64,000 bases of DNA from Octopus vulgaris (taxonomy: Eukaryota): the NCBI GenBank assembly GCA_951406725.2, contig OX597833.1, forward strand, positions 49,228,001 to 49,292,000. Reading direction: 5' to 3'. The notes under the pieces are model-generated. The model worked only from the letters and a program-made list of their open reading frames with translations. It had not been told where the DNA came from and did no database searches. Shown here one piece after another: positions 1 to 12,506 of this stretch (position 1 is its first letter; each line of letters begins with the position of its first letter). The position numbers and the translations under genes were made by a program.

Positions 1-162
1 TGTCCCCCTAGCATTGCTTGACAACCGATGCTGGTGTGTTTAGGTCCCCGTCACTTAGCGGTTCGGCAAAAAGAGACCGATAGAATAAGTACTAAAAGGA
101 GGTGCTCCAGCATGGCCGCAGTCAAATGACTGAAACAAGTAAAAGAGTAAAAGAGTAAAGAG

Positions 163-560
163 TAACTAAACACTTTTAAACTTCGTACACTGGTAGAATG
201 TGTTTATAAAACATATTTTTCTCTTGGCTTTATTGAGAAAATTCTATAGTTTGTAAGATATTTGTTGTTTTTTTTTCTTCGGTTTCTGCAATTTCAACCA
301 ATCAGTGACGTCTAATGAGGTAAAAAACATTCTGTGCCGTATGAATATGTCCCTCGTTTAAGAAACAGATTGGTTTATTTACATTTGTGAAGAAAAAAAG
401 ATACCCTTCCCCCCACCCCTAACCCTAACCCTTACCCTAACTATCGATCTATTTTGCATTTCAATCTGTTTTAGGGTTAGGTTTAGTTAGAGTTAGGGTT
501 AGGAGTGGGGGGAAGGGTATCTTTTTTTTCTTCACAAATGTAAATAAACCCAATCTGTTT
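163..560. mobile_element. Rearranged head-to-head fragments of the GGATC-TIR element with (CCCTAA)n repeats
   Basis: 163-445 matches 721-990; 446-560 is the reverse complement of ~918-1035, so ~361-560 folds back. Confidence 0.75.
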
Positions 561-675
561 CATAGATCAGAACAATTAATAATACGAGGGAACTATGTTT
601 TCGCTGTCTTAACGTGCAATAAGCGATAGTTTAGCAAGGACCAACTTTCGGAGCCGGTCACCAAATACGGGCTCT

Positions 676-1109
676 GGATCTTCTCGGTTTGAACGGCAGT
701 TTTTTAAAAATAATTTCCACGTAACTAAACACTTTTAAACTTTGTATACTGGTAGAATGTGTTTATAAAACATCTTTTTCTCTTGGCTTTATTGAAAAAA
801 TTCTATAGTTTGTAAGATATTTGTTGTTTTTTTTCTTCAATTTCTGCAATTGCAACCAATCACTGACGTCTATTGAGGTGAAAACATTCTGTGCCGTATG
901 AATATGTCCCTCGTTTAAGAAACAGATTGGGTTTATTTACATTTGTGAAGAAAAAAAAGATACCCTTCCCCCACCCCTAACCCTAACTCTAACTAAACCT
1001 AACCCTAAAACAGATTGAAATGCAATAGATCGATACTAGGGTCATAATTATGGGTGACAATTTCATATGACACCGCTAGAAAAAACTGCCGTTCAAACCG
1101 AAAAGATCC
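676..1109 (+). mobile_element. Non-autonomous DNA transposon (possibly MULE-like) with ~30-bp TIRs and internal telomere-like repeats
   Basis: Ends GGATCTTCTCGGTTTGAACGGCAGTTTTTT and AAAAAACTGCCGTTCAAACCGAAAAGATCC; full copy at 37082-37504, truncated copy at 2951-3197. Confidence 0.8.
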
Positions 1110-1354
1110 CTATGAGCGGTTGGTGATAATTGGAAGGGTGGTGTGTTTTTGCCGTTGTCCAGCTGCATCCAAATCGACCCTGACCGAGCAGACATATAAA
1201 CAAATCTGCTCCAACCGTGACCATCATTCCTTCTTTTTCGAACACAGCCTATTTATAAGTTTACATGAGCGGACGTGCCTTTTCTTATCTTATTCAGACA
1301 GTAAGGTGATAGTTGACTGTATATCGCAAATGGGGCGAGTGACCACGTAGAAGC

Positions 1355-1780
1355 CACCCGTCCCACTTCATCCTGCCCTCCATCCACCCGTCTCACCCTT
1401 CTCCTTCCCCTCCACTCCACCATTCCCTCGTCTTCATACTATCTCTCTTACCATCACCTTACCTTCACTATCTCTTCCTCTCCATCACTCTCTCTTCCAT
1501 CACCCACCCTCTTCCCACCACCCTCCCTTCCTCCCCTTCACTCTCCCTTTTTTCATCACCCTCTCTCTTCTCCATCACCTTCTCTCCCCTTCACTATCCC
1601 CTCCCTCCACCCTCCCTCTTGCCATCGCCTTCCCTCTTCCTATCACCCACCCTATTTCCGTCACCTTCCCACCCATTCTCTCTCCCTCTTCTCATCACCC
1701 TCTCCCTTCTCATCCCCTTCCGACCCCTTCACTATCCCCCTCCCACACCCTTTCACCTCGTCACCCCCTTCACCCCCTGA
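1355..1780. repeat. Pyrimidine-rich (C/T) low-complexity tract
   Basis: ~420 bp with very few G on the + strand; recurring CATCACCCTC/CCCTTC units. Confidence 0.8.
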
Positions 1781-2118
1781 TGATTTTCTTAATTGTGTGG
1801 ACGGTATTAATGGTCTAACAGGTCTCTAAATGGTTATATTACTTCCTTGACGTATTAATTACTGACTTCACTTTCGCTCGGATAGACGGAGATGGTTATC
1901 AGCTAAAATGAGATTTACTTACTTACTTACTTACCTAATTAATCAATTATTTATCTATTTACTAATTTTACTTTGCAGGGTTGGAGGAAGGGGCTTGCGC
2001 CCATCTTCTTGGCAAGCTTTCCTAGACAGTTCAAATCGATTCTATTAAAGTTTCTTTCGAACCGTTGCAAATCAACACTTGCGAGAAAGACGTCAGTAAT
2101 GATGGAGTTTCAAAGAGA

Positions 2119-2169
<51 letters not shown>

Positions 2170-2267
2170 CTGCTGGATGGTTTTCTCGAAGGACTGAGCG
2201 TGGAAAGTGTGGAACCTGAGGATAGATTGTTGGACATAAGAGTGCTGAGAAGAGGGAAGACGAGGGG

Positions 2268-2726
2268 CTAGGGGAAGCCCTTTATTTTGCCGCGCCCCCA
2301 GTCCCACCAGGCCTATACAAGCTTATACACTAGACCCATAAGTACCGGTCCCATAAAAGTGTCACCCAGGGCGAACAGCTCCATTGCTCTCCATTCAAAT
2401 TACACTACCGAGTAGGACAAATTCAACTAGTAAGAAATTTGCCGATTTCTTAAAGAAACGAAGAACTCTGGTCAAATGAAATAGGAATTTCACGTCATCT
2501 CGCCATCCTGCTGATTCGGTAATCTTTTCTTCACCATAGTTGAAATAAACCTGGAGTTTCTCGTAATTACTTAGAAGCTCTGGGATGACTGTACATTTAG
2601 AAATTGCACGAAATTCTTCGTCCAGATATTTTTGTTTCTTTGAGTGACACAAGCACTTCTCTTATGAGACATTATTTTAGATTCTTTAAATGGATAAGCC
2701 TACTATTCTGATAAGCCTACATTACA
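2268..2726 (-). mobile_element. Internally deleted hAT-superfamily (hATm-like) transposase relic
   Basis: ORF 2395-2652 (..GWRDDVKFLFHLTRV..); shares its 5' segment (~2620-2726) with ~4075-4167; TAGGG-type end near 2268. Confidence 0.5.
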
Positions 2727-2950
2727 ACACGAAGAACTCTATCAAGGATATGATGCTGACAACCAATAAATTGCGGTTCTTTCAAACTCTTTTGAGAAAA
2801 CAGTCTTTACAACTGAATGACAATGCCATTTCTTATCCCAGTATTCACACTCGTTCTATCAGCGGCAGTCATTTTTACACAGTTACATAAATTCTATTCC
2901 TCTAAAACAGCTGTTATTCCTTTCGGAGCCTGTCACCAAATACGGGCTCT

Positions 2951-3197
2951 GGATCTTTTCGGTTTGAACGGCAGTTTTTTAAAATAATTTCCACGTAACT
3001 AAACACTTTTAAACTTCGTATACTGGTAGAATGTGTTTATAAAACATCTTTTTCTCTTGGCTTTATTGAGAAAATTCTATAGTTTGTAAGATATTTGTTG
3101 TTTTTTTTTCTTCAATTTCTGCAATTTCAACCAATCAATGACATCTATTGAGGTGAAAAACATTCTGTGCCGTATGAATATGTCCCTCGTTTAAGAA
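2951..3197 (+). mobile_element. Truncated copy of the GGATC-TIR element
   Basis: Near-identical to 676-920 and shares ~30 bp of upstream flank with that copy. Confidence 0.8.
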
Positions 3198-4170
3198 ATT
3201 ATCGGCTTTTCCGTTTGGTAATTGGAGTGCTTCTAACTTAACTTCTCCCTGTTCATTCTTTAAAACTAGCACTTGGTATTCTTGGTCATCAAAATGCCAT
3301 GACCAGTTTTCTAAATGCAGTGCTTTCTACATTTTCTTTTGTAGTTTAACAGTTTCTTTGATAGTCGATCTGTAAATACCAGATTGGGAAGGAGTTTCGA
3401 CATTGATTCCTTCTTGAGATAATTGTCGACTAACTGTTGTTGCTTTTTGGGTTGATAGCTTGGAAGGTACTACTAGCTTGGTTGCAATTTCAGTTTTGCT
3501 ATACTTCCTCCTTGTTTGTGTAGATTCGGACTCTTGATATTCACTTTCAGTCTCTGCTTCAGACGTTGACAATGACACTGGAGTTGCTCTGGTTGAAGTC
3601 GACATTAAGGACACTTTTCTTCTTTTGGATGGCTGGATAGTTTGGGAACTGGCTGCTTATCCAGTTGCATATCCAACCTGTCCCTTGCTTTCAATTTGAA
3701 GATAATATAACTTTCTATCCTACTGCACAGCCTTTCACAGTTTTCCTTTGTGATGTCAAAAATTCCTTTCAATGAATCGTATTATCCTCGTTTTACACAT
3801 TTATCGTAGGTATTCAGCACTTTTTCTACTTTTTCTTGTACATTTTGAATTGATAAATATGGGAAATTTAATTTCTTTTGCCATAAAAAAGTTACTTCTG
3901 TCGAAATTTCCTTTGTTCTTTTGTTCCTTCCATTGATGGTACCTCCAAGAAACAGGTAGCGACCGACAATTTGAAGTTTCATTGGTACCTTGAAGTTGTT
4001 TTCCAAAGAATGCTCTTCTAGACGAACAGATCTTCTTTTCCTATGTGAGTCTTGAAATTGAACGAGATTGTTCGTCCAGATATTTTTTTGTTTCTTTGAG
4101 TGACACAAGCACTTCTCTTATGAGACATTATTTTGGACTCGTTAATTGGATAAGCCTACTATTCTGAAAA
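3198..4170 (-). pseudogene. Degenerate hAT-like (hATm-type) transposase, N-terminal half
   Basis: ORFs 3782-4108 (EVTFLWQKKLNFPYLSIQNVQEKVEKVL) and 3327-3614, continuing WHFDDQEYQVLVLKNEQGEVKLEALQLPNGKA with stops; family assigned from memory. Confidence 0.55.
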
Positions 4171-4494
4171 ACAGTTAATATAGTCAGAGTTTTTGGCGTC
4201 ACAGAAATAAAAAAGGAGAGGAAGAGGATAACTTCCTGAAATAGGGCCTAAGTGATAACAAATTAAAAACTCTATAACTCCTAAACTACTTAAACATTAT
4301 ATTGGTAGCTGGTGAATGTGCGGAGCCAATCCAAGTAGTTTGTTTCAGTTTTGTGCTCTTCGTACCAATACTGAATATTACCATCTGTATGAATCGGCGC
4401 ATTATCATCCATCCTATAAGATTGTGCTTCCACCAGGAAACGATGTTTATACCATAAGATAGACATGATCAGTCAAAATGCTCAGATAATGTTG

Positions 4495-4894
4495 TGTAAC
4501 AAAATTTTTATTTCTTTTTGTCTTATTTCCCATTTGCTTTTCTCTAAAATCGAAGAAAATGACTGTTATTGTTTTCAAACTTTGCTTTTGTGACCTGGGC
4601 ATCAATATTTTGAAACTGGTCTATTTTACATTACATTTCAGACAGATTCAGCGGAATTTTCTGGAATTTTCTTGAAGTTTCTAAAAATTTCAAGAATTTC
4701 TAGAACGTTCTGGTAACATAGAGGACTATAAATACAAGGACCGTAAGCTCAACAGTTCAGTTTATTTCTAGATGTCCAAGTTGAAATAAATGAACAAAAG
4801 CAAAGTTTGAAGCAAATAAGCCATTTTCCTTACTTTCTCGGGGTAAGCAATTAGGAAATAACAGTTGATATCCAAGGATAGAAATCGTGTTACA
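4495..4894 (+). mobile_element. Solo LTR, 400 bp
   Basis: TGTAAC...GTTACA termini; 5-bp flanks TGTTG/TATTG; TATAAATA at 4727, TCAGTT at 4757, AATAAA at ~4785. Confidence 0.75.
4653..4711. promoter_or_regulatory. Heat-shock element array (alternating nGAAn/nTTCn) within the solo LTR
   Basis: GAAttTTCtgGAAttTTCttGAAgtTTCtaAAAatTTCaaGAAtTTCtaGAAcgTTC, ending ~16 bp upstream of TATA. Confidence 0.65.
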
Positions 4895-5005
4895 TATTGT
4901 AATCCTTGGCGTTAAGTCTGAGTACGAGCGGGTGATGAAAAGTTCCCGGCTTTGGGTAAAAGAAAATACAGGAGGATCAGTTAATTATAATTTTATGTAA
5001 CATAT

Positions 5006-5292
5006 TGTGAGTGGATTTGGTAGACGGAAACTGAAAGAAGCCTGTCGTATATATGTATATATATATGTGTGTGTGTGATTGTGTGTCTGTGTTTGTCCCC
5101 TAGCATTGCTTGACAACCGATGCTGGTGTGTTTACGTCCCCGTCACTTAGCTGTTCGACAAAAGAGACCGATAGAATAAGTACTGGGCTTACAAAGAATA
5201 AGTCCCGGGGTCGATTTGCTCGACTAAAAGCGGTGCTCCAGCATGGCCGCAGTCAAATGACTGAAACAAGTAAAAGAGTAAAGAGTAAGAGT
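5006..5292 (+). mobile_element. SINE family B, 5'-truncated
   Basis: Matches the body and tail of full copies at 54495-54892 and 62534-62968; (AAGAGTA)n tail; another partial copy at 1-160. Confidence 0.85.
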
Positions 5293-5529
5293 AATAATAA
5301 TAATAATGATAATAATTTCTATCACGTAGTTCAGTGTTGAACGCGTTCAGCTCCTTTTTGGGAGCAAAATTTTCAAGGGAATTTTTCGGCTCTATTATTC
5401 ACACACGAATCAATGTAACTATGAGTAGTAAACTCCACAGGCTTTCTTTGAATTCCCAGACATAAATCATAGTCTCAGATTCACACACACTTATTGCAGT
5501 GGTCCTTCAATTTTTCTAAGCTCTGTAAA

Positions 5530-6110
5530 AGAACTTGGAAGGTTGGGCTTCCAGCCGGGTCTTTCGCGATACCCTTAAAATTAGGAACCTTTTCAGTACT
5601 AAGTCGTAGAAAAACTGAAATGCCAAGAGAATTCAGTGATATGGCTGCCCAAATCACCACAGTGCCGCCGTGTCTATGTTTCACGGTAACGACCAAGCAT
5701 TCACGGCTGAAGACTTCTTTGGGTTGTCTCCAGATATGAACTCGTTCTGAAGTGGAAATGGGATGAATGACGATTTATCGAAGAAGATGACATCGTGCCC
5801 TTGAGCCATTGACCACGTCTCATAGACTAGAACCGTTTATTTCCGGTTAGTGGGACAGAAGAGGTTTAGCAATTGCTGCCCACACCCCCAAAGTATGCAG
5901 CTATATAGAGCTCACGACGAACAATTTTGGTTGGCACAAAGCTGGATAATGGTGGTTTAGCTCTAATGTCACTTTCGGTGTCGTAGATTTTAGACAATCT
6001 ATTTTACTATCCAATGAGTTATGCCTTCTGTCCACAATTGTGCTTATCAGAGTTGGTTTTTATTGGGTTGTCCGGTTAGTTCGTGCCGATTTATAGTAGC
6101 TTACCTTTCG
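5530..6110 (-). pseudogene. Tc1-like DD34E transposase fragment
   Basis: Minus translation HDVIFFDKSSF...VWRQPKE-like...VTVKHRHGGTVVIWAAIS resembles Tc1 VIFSDES and PTVKHGGGSVMVW. Confidence 0.75.
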
Positions 6111-6184
6111 ACTTATTTTAGAACATGGTTGAGTCCACAAAATAGGATTTGACTACACCTCCATTTAGAGCACAGTTTAAGCTA

Positions 6185-6466
6185 TCTTTTCGGTGGAATT
6201 TGAACTCAGAACGTAAAGGCAGACGAAATACATATTTCTTTATTACCCACAAGGGGCTAAACACAGAGGGGACAAACAAGGACAGACAAACAGATTAAGT
6301 CGATTACATCGACCCCAGTGCGTAACTGGTACTTAATTTATCGACCCCGAAAGGATGAAAGGCAAAGTCGACCTCGGCGGAATTTGAACTCACAACGTAG
6401 CGGCAGACGAAATACTGCTAAGCATTTCGCCTGGCGTGCTAACGATTCTGCTAGCTTCGCCGCCTT
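6185..6466 (-). mobile_element. SINE family A with partial tandem repeat of the body
   Basis: Reverse complement of GGCGGCGAGCTGGCAGAATCGTTAGC...GAGTTCAAATTCC...GTCGACTTTGCCTTTCATCCTTTCGGGGTCGATAAA. Confidence 0.85.
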
Positions 6467-6898
6467 ACATATGAACACAAATATGCAGACTAGAACAGTT
6501 CTGAATTTGTTATATTACTAACAGAAAAAAAATTAGTTAAATAAGAATTGGTTTCCAGCATTTTCTCCAATCCACATATGTACTCGTACAAGACTGTCTG
6601 ACCACCCACCCACCTATCTATCTACGCCTTTTCCATTTTATCTGCTGGTGCTACGAGAAATGTTTCTATATTGTGAGAAGCAAGATTCTCCATTATCCAT
6701 TAATCCCAACAGATTTTAGTATTAACCTCTTTTAGATATGACCAAGGGTAATGACGTCGTAGCTGCTAGTCTTGCTATAGTTGTAAGAATAACTTGTCTG
6801 TCTGTCTGTTTATCTCTGTCTCTGTCTGTCTGTCTCTCTGCTTTCTTTTCCTCTAAGTTACTCATATTTATTGTTAACATAATTTTTATCACGTAGTT

Positions 6899-7267
6899 CG
6901 TGGTTAGGGCAGCGGACTCGCGGTCATAGGATCGCGGTTTCGATTCCCAGACCGGGCGTTGTGAGTGTTTATTGAGCGAAAACACCTAAAAGCTCCACGA
7001 GGCTCCGGCAGGGGATGGTGGTGATCCCTGCTGTACTCTTTCACCACAACTTTCTCTCACTCTTACTTCCTGTTTCTGTTCTACCTGTATTTCAAAGGGC
7101 CGGCCTTGTCACTCTCTGTGTCACGCTGAATATACCCGAGAACTACATTAAGGGTACACGTGTCTGTGGAGTGCTCAGCCACTTACACGTTAATTTCACG
7201 AGCAGGCTGTTCCGTTGATTCGGATCAACCGGAACCCTCGTCGTCGTAACCGACGGAGTGCTTCCAT
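6899..7267 (+). mobile_element. SINE family C (tRNA-Arg-like head) with TAGTTC target duplication
   Basis: GTGGTTAGGGCAGCGGACTCGCGGTC...GGTTTCGATTCCC; other copies at 24630-24850, 24970-25350, 27528-27850, 30833-31217(-), 41213-41515, 51250-51504(-), 59030-59243(-). Confidence 0.85.
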
Positions 7268-7719
7268 ATAGTTCAGCGTTGAACGCGGTTCAACTCCTTT
7301 TTGGGAGCAAAATTATCAAAGGAATTTGTCGCCTCTATAATTCACACACGAATCAATGTAACTATCTTTGTATTCCCAGACATAAATCTTGAATATGGAC
7401 TGCATTTACGATATGTATGCATCGCTGTCATTTTTCAAGGCTCTTTAGATTTAATAAAACAGTTGCATAATTAGTCAATAATTAAATAACGCTTTTATTG
7501 CTTCCAACTCAACAAAACATTAGAACAATTTATTTAAAATTTTTTGCTTCATATTCAGTTATCTTTCGATTCAATCCATCACAGTATTTTCAATAAAAAT
7601 TTAATTATTCATATTATGCAAGTTTATATGAAATACATGGAATGTTTGTTATGCCGATGCATTTATTAAATATCAACTTTAGCCTGTTTTAAAATGCCGA
7701 CATTTTTGACGGTATGTAT

Positions 7720-7722
7720 ATG

Positions 7723-7786
<64 letters not shown>

Positions 7787-7968
7787 TAAGGATAATAATA
7801 ATAATGATAAGGATAATAATAATGATGATAACGATAATAACAATAATAACGATAATAATAATAATGATGATAACGATAATAACAATAATAATAATAATAA
7901 TAATGATGATAACGATAATAACAATAATAATAATAATAATAATAATATAATAATAATAATAGTAATAG

Positions 7969-8002
<34 letters not shown>

Positions 8003-8045
8003 AATGATGATAACGATAATAACATCAACAATAATAATAATAATA
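7720..8045. repeat. (AAT)n microsatellite with GAT/AAC variants
   Basis: Direct reading. Confidence 0.95.
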
Positions 8046-8046
8046 A

Positions 8047-8591
8047 GTGCCCTGATGCAGTACCAGGCAGTGGTTCTCGTGGCTTCTGATCTTAACTGAT
8101 TGGAAGTGTTATCATGTACATTGTTTGTTTTGGTATAAAAGATGGGCTACAGCAAATATTCTGCTCAATACCACTGATTTGCTTGTCAGTTATTTGACCT
8201 TAACCAGTTAACCGTGTCCCTTAGTGGCTGACGATATGTGCATCTCTGACCATGAGCAGAAGTAGTGGGGGAGCATCATAGCCATGTGTTGAGAGGGATT
8301 CTTTGGGCTTTGGATAATTCACCTCTGGAAACATGGGTGTTTCGTTCAACATCCTTAAACAATCCTTATTCATAGACCTTTTGAGCAGGCTGGGTTACTC
8401 GACCAGAACAAAATTCTAACCGGACTCCACCTGTAAGATCATGTGCTGTCTATCTTGATATGAGATCACCATGTCGCGCACATATGGTTGTGATGCATGT
8501 ACCTAGTTTATCCTTATCAGACGGGTATTCATGATGGCTTCGTATATTTTATCCCAGTGTCACTTTGATGGCATGAACTGCTCTCTCACTC

Positions 8592-8592
<1 letters not shown>
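8047..8592 (-). mobile_element. ~550-bp non-coding interspersed element embedded in (TAA)n
   Basis: Reverse complement of 15059-15619; both copies flanked by TAA/ATT repeats. Confidence 0.8.
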
Positions 8593-8654
<62 letters not shown>

Positions 8655-9053
8655 GATAATAATAATAAAGCATATAATGTTCGAAAAGAGACCCTTTGAG
8701 ACCTCTGACAACAGGTTGCTGCCCTCTCTCACAGAATCAACCACAACAAATGAGACCGAGCGCTCTGAGAAGTAAAACAACAACAATAATAATAATAATC
8801 CTTTGTACTATAGATACTATGCCCGAAATTTTAGGGGAGGGGACTAGTCGATAACATCGACCCCAGTGTTTCATTGGTACTTAATTTATCGACCCGAAAG
8901 GATGAGCGGCAAAGTTGACCCCTGCAGAATTTGAATAAAACATGATAAATATGAGTTTCAACGATATAATGCATGAGAACTCTACAATTTGTCATCAGAC
9001 AAATCGCCTAGATCCTAAATGGTAAGTCGACCGTAAAGTCTATAGAGTAGGAT

Positions 9054-9124
<71 letters not shown>

Positions 9125-9128
<4 letters not shown>

Positions 9129-9492
9129 GAGCAAAACGCCCCTCGTCCAATAGACGGTCCTGAGTTGTCAAACATTTAAACCAAATTTTCTCAAAACATA
9201 GGCGTCCCCTTTGAGAAACACTGATTTAACCTAAATTTGAGACACCAGCAAAAGAAGAAATAAAGATAGACTTTTTTCTATTCCAAGAAAAACGATTTTA
9301 CAAATGCACGTTCCCACGGCTTTATCGATCGCATTCCAACCTGGAATCGATTTTTGTAATATTTTCAAGACTTATGCACGCCCTGATACCGTCGGTATTT
9401 ACATATCAAATTTGAGCGCAATCGGATGGAGGATGCCCGAGATCCTAGAAGACACACACACAGACAGAAAGAACGGATTTTGTATAATAGAT
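9125..9492 (-). mobile_element. Degenerate non-autonomous Helitron-like element
   Basis: Minus strand starts TCTATTATAC followed by CTGTCTGTGTGT; decayed hairpin and CTAG-like 3' end. Confidence 0.45.
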
Positions 9493-9891
9493 ATATCATA
9501 CTTTAATTTATAGCAACTTACCATCTTCCTTAATTAAGTTTGCCCTATCTACGTGGTTCGAAAATTTGCTGAGAAGAAACTAGGACTTTATAACTATGGA
9601 GTGTGCATCAGTCACTCTCTGCGGAAAAATGATCAAAGGCGCACGTTCAATGGTTTACTATTGTCAATGATATTTGAATAGCAACAATGATAGAGATGCA
9701 TCACAAACTATTGTTATGTCTGTTAGGAATGCTATGTGTAGGCTTTTGTCTATGATTGTGCGCACATTCATGCATTCGCTTCATAAATGAAAAGCTGAGC
9801 GTATTTGAATAAGCAGCTGTATTCAGATCTTCACGCTCACAACAAAATATAAGTAATGTCGTGTCATGTATTGAGGTCGATGGTATTGAAT

Positions 9892-10310
9892 AGGCGAGCT
9901 GGCAGAAGCGTTAGCACGCCGGGCGAAATGCTTAGCGGTATTTCCGTCTGCCGTTACGTTGTGAGTTCAAATTCCGCCGAGGTCGACTTTGCCTTTCATC
10001 CTTTTGGGGTCGATAAATTAAGCACCAGTTACGCACTGGGGTCGATGTAATCGACTTAATACCTATGTCTGTCCTTGTTTGTCTCCTCTGTGTTTAGCCC
10101 CTTGTGGGTAATAAAGAAATAGGTATTTCGTCTGCGTTACGTTGTGAGTTCAAATTCCGCCGAGGTTGGCTTTGCCTTTCATCCTTTCGGGGTCGAGAAA
10201 TTAAGTACCAGTACCGCACTGGGGTCGATGTAATCGACTTAATACCTATGTCTGTTCTTGTTTATCCCCTCTGTGTTTAGCCCCTTGTGGGTAATAAAGA
10301 AATAGGTATT
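9892..10310 (+). mobile_element. SINE family A multimer (one head, repeated body)
   Basis: Body unit GGTATTTCG...AAAGAAATA repeated in tandem; similar multimers at 23383-23800, 28441-28865, 47205-47620(-); monomers at 10572, 12312, 13660, 13906, 21625(-), 27893, 30256(-). Confidence 0.85.
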
Positions 10311-10389
10311 GAATAAGCCTCTTCTCTCAAAATTGCTGGCCTTGTACCTCAATACGAAACCATTGCAACAACAGCAACGGCAACAATAA

Positions 10390-10568
<179 letters not shown>

Positions 10569-10904
10569 GCTAAGGCAGAGGACTGACAGAGTCGTTAGTA
10601 TGCCGGGCAAAATGCTTAGTAGCATTTCGTCCGTCTTCACATTTTGAGTTCAAATTCCGCAGAGTTCGACTTTGCCTTTCATACTCCCGAGACCGATAAA
10701 ATAGGTACCAGTTGAACCCTGGGGTTCGATGTAATCAACTTACCCCACCACACTCTCTGAAATTACTGGTATGTGCCAAAATTTGAAACCGTTGTATTTT
10801 ATAGCCACGTTCACATATCTATAAAGTGAACCAGATAAGTCACCCAGTATCAAAAATATTGTTTAGTCCTTGAAGCAAAATCAAATAAACAAAACAATAA
10901 ATTT

Positions 10905-11460
10905 CGAGTGTGAGTCAAAAAGTAATGCCATTTTGTTTAGGACAGGTATAATTACCAACACAGTAACATGTATCATGCAACGAAATGAAGCTGGTCCTCT
11001 GTCGATCACATCCCTACTTCTCAACATAGTCACCGTTTCTCTCAACAGCAATGTTCCACCTTCGAATGAGAGCATGTATCCCTGCCCCGTAAAATTCTGT
11101 TGACTCTTCTTTGAGCTACCTCTTCACTACCTCCACACTCACAAGATTTATCACCTTCAGACTATCATCTCTTCGGTCCCATGAAAGAGGGTTTGAGAGG
11201 CAAACATTATTCCAGTGACGAGGACGTGAAAACTGTAGTGAAGAAGTGGCTCAAAGAACAGTCAACAGAATTTTACGGTGCAGGGATACATGCTCTCATT
11301 CGAAGGTGAAACATTGCTATTGAGAGAAACAGTGACTATGTTTAGAAGTAGGGATGTAATCTACAGAAGACCAGCTTAATTTTGATGTATGATACATGTT
11401 CCTTTGTTGGTAATTATACCCGTCCTAAACAAAATGGCATTACTTTTTGACTCACCCTCG
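10905..11460 (+). mobile_element. Internally deleted mariner with ~70-bp TIRs
   Basis: CGAGTGTGAGTCAAAAAGTAATGCCATTTTGTTTAGGAC / GTCCTAAACAAAATGGCATTACTTTTTGACTCACCCTCG; SQDLSPSDYHLFGPMKEGLRGKHY resembles mariner YSPDLAPSDY. Confidence 0.9.
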
Positions 11461-11579
11461 TACAAATGTTTTGGTAAATATTTAGATTTAAAATATTATT
11501 TTGTGGGAAGAGATGATGCGTGGCAAAGCGTATAATATTGGCAAACTTTTATAAGCTGATGATGATGATGTGGTTTGTG

Positions 11580-11900
11580 TTTAGTTTGAATATTTGTTGG
11601 TAGGTGTCTGTAACAAAAATGTTGCAGGATGAGATTTCCAGAGAGCAGTTAAGGAAAGGAAAGACAGAGCGAAATGTTTAGTGTAGGATTTTACAGAAGA
11701 GACGTAGAGAAGGAGAGACTGGTGAATCGATGACTTTGAGGGGAGGCGGTAAGCAGAGTGACAGGCAAGCCATTGTAGTTGTAGAAGAGCGAGAAGAGAC
11801 AAGAAACAGAGCATTATAGTGTGTTCATGAATAGGTTATTGCCAAAAAGCGGAAAGTCTTCATTTGGGATGCGATCAATGACGTTGTACATGCAGTAACA
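11580..11900 (-). mobile_element. Highly decayed LINE 3' fragment (L2/Jockey-like)
   Basis: Minus translation SVSCLFSLFYNYNG resembles the LINE C-terminal ASLSLFYRYY segment. Confidence 0.4.
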
Positions 11901-12506
11901 ACGCAGATCCAGGAGGGTTGGTGACAATTAAGCTTTACAGACGCCAAGAAATTGTCATGGCTGAACTATTTTCTGGCACTGAAATGGTAACTTAGTCTTT
12001 GCAAAATTATGTGAGATCGCTATAAGAAAACACCAGATTTGTAAGTCGTCACCTATTCAGTGACTTTGAGTATTATAAGTATGTAATGTTCATACGCAGA
12101 ACAAAATTTTCCTTGATATGTGTAATGATTACAAGCTTAGTATTATTTATAAAGGGATTATGTCTTGATGCTGTTATGTAAGTGATTGTTGATCGTATCT
12201 TGGATTCGTTATATGTAATGATTGTGTGTTGGTGGTGTTAGCATTGGAATTGTGCCTTTGTGATGTTATATCAACGACTAACGTTTTGGTTATGGTTATT
12301 TATTTATCCACACGTTCTGAGTTCAAATTCCACCGAGGTCGACTTTGCTTTTCATCCTTTCGGGGCCGATAAATTAAGTACCAGTTACGCACTGGAGTCG
12401 ATGTAATCGACTTAATACCTTTGTCTGTCCTTGTTTTCTCCCTCTATGTTCAGCCCTTTGTGGGTAATAAAGAAATATATTTATTTATCCACACAAGAGT
12501 GTAGAT

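Noticed and set aside
415-510. Head-to-head CCCTAA/TTAGGG as a chromosome fusion site
   Set aside because: The repeats are internal parts of two opposed transposon fragments
6318-6521. Recurrent ORF MRNWYLIYRPRKDERQSRPRRNLNS in several places
   Set aside because: Antisense translation of SINE family A
7720-8045. Repeat-spacer appearance suggesting a CRISPR array
   Set aside because: Degenerate trinucleotide microsatellite in eukaryotic DNA; no unique spacers or cas genes
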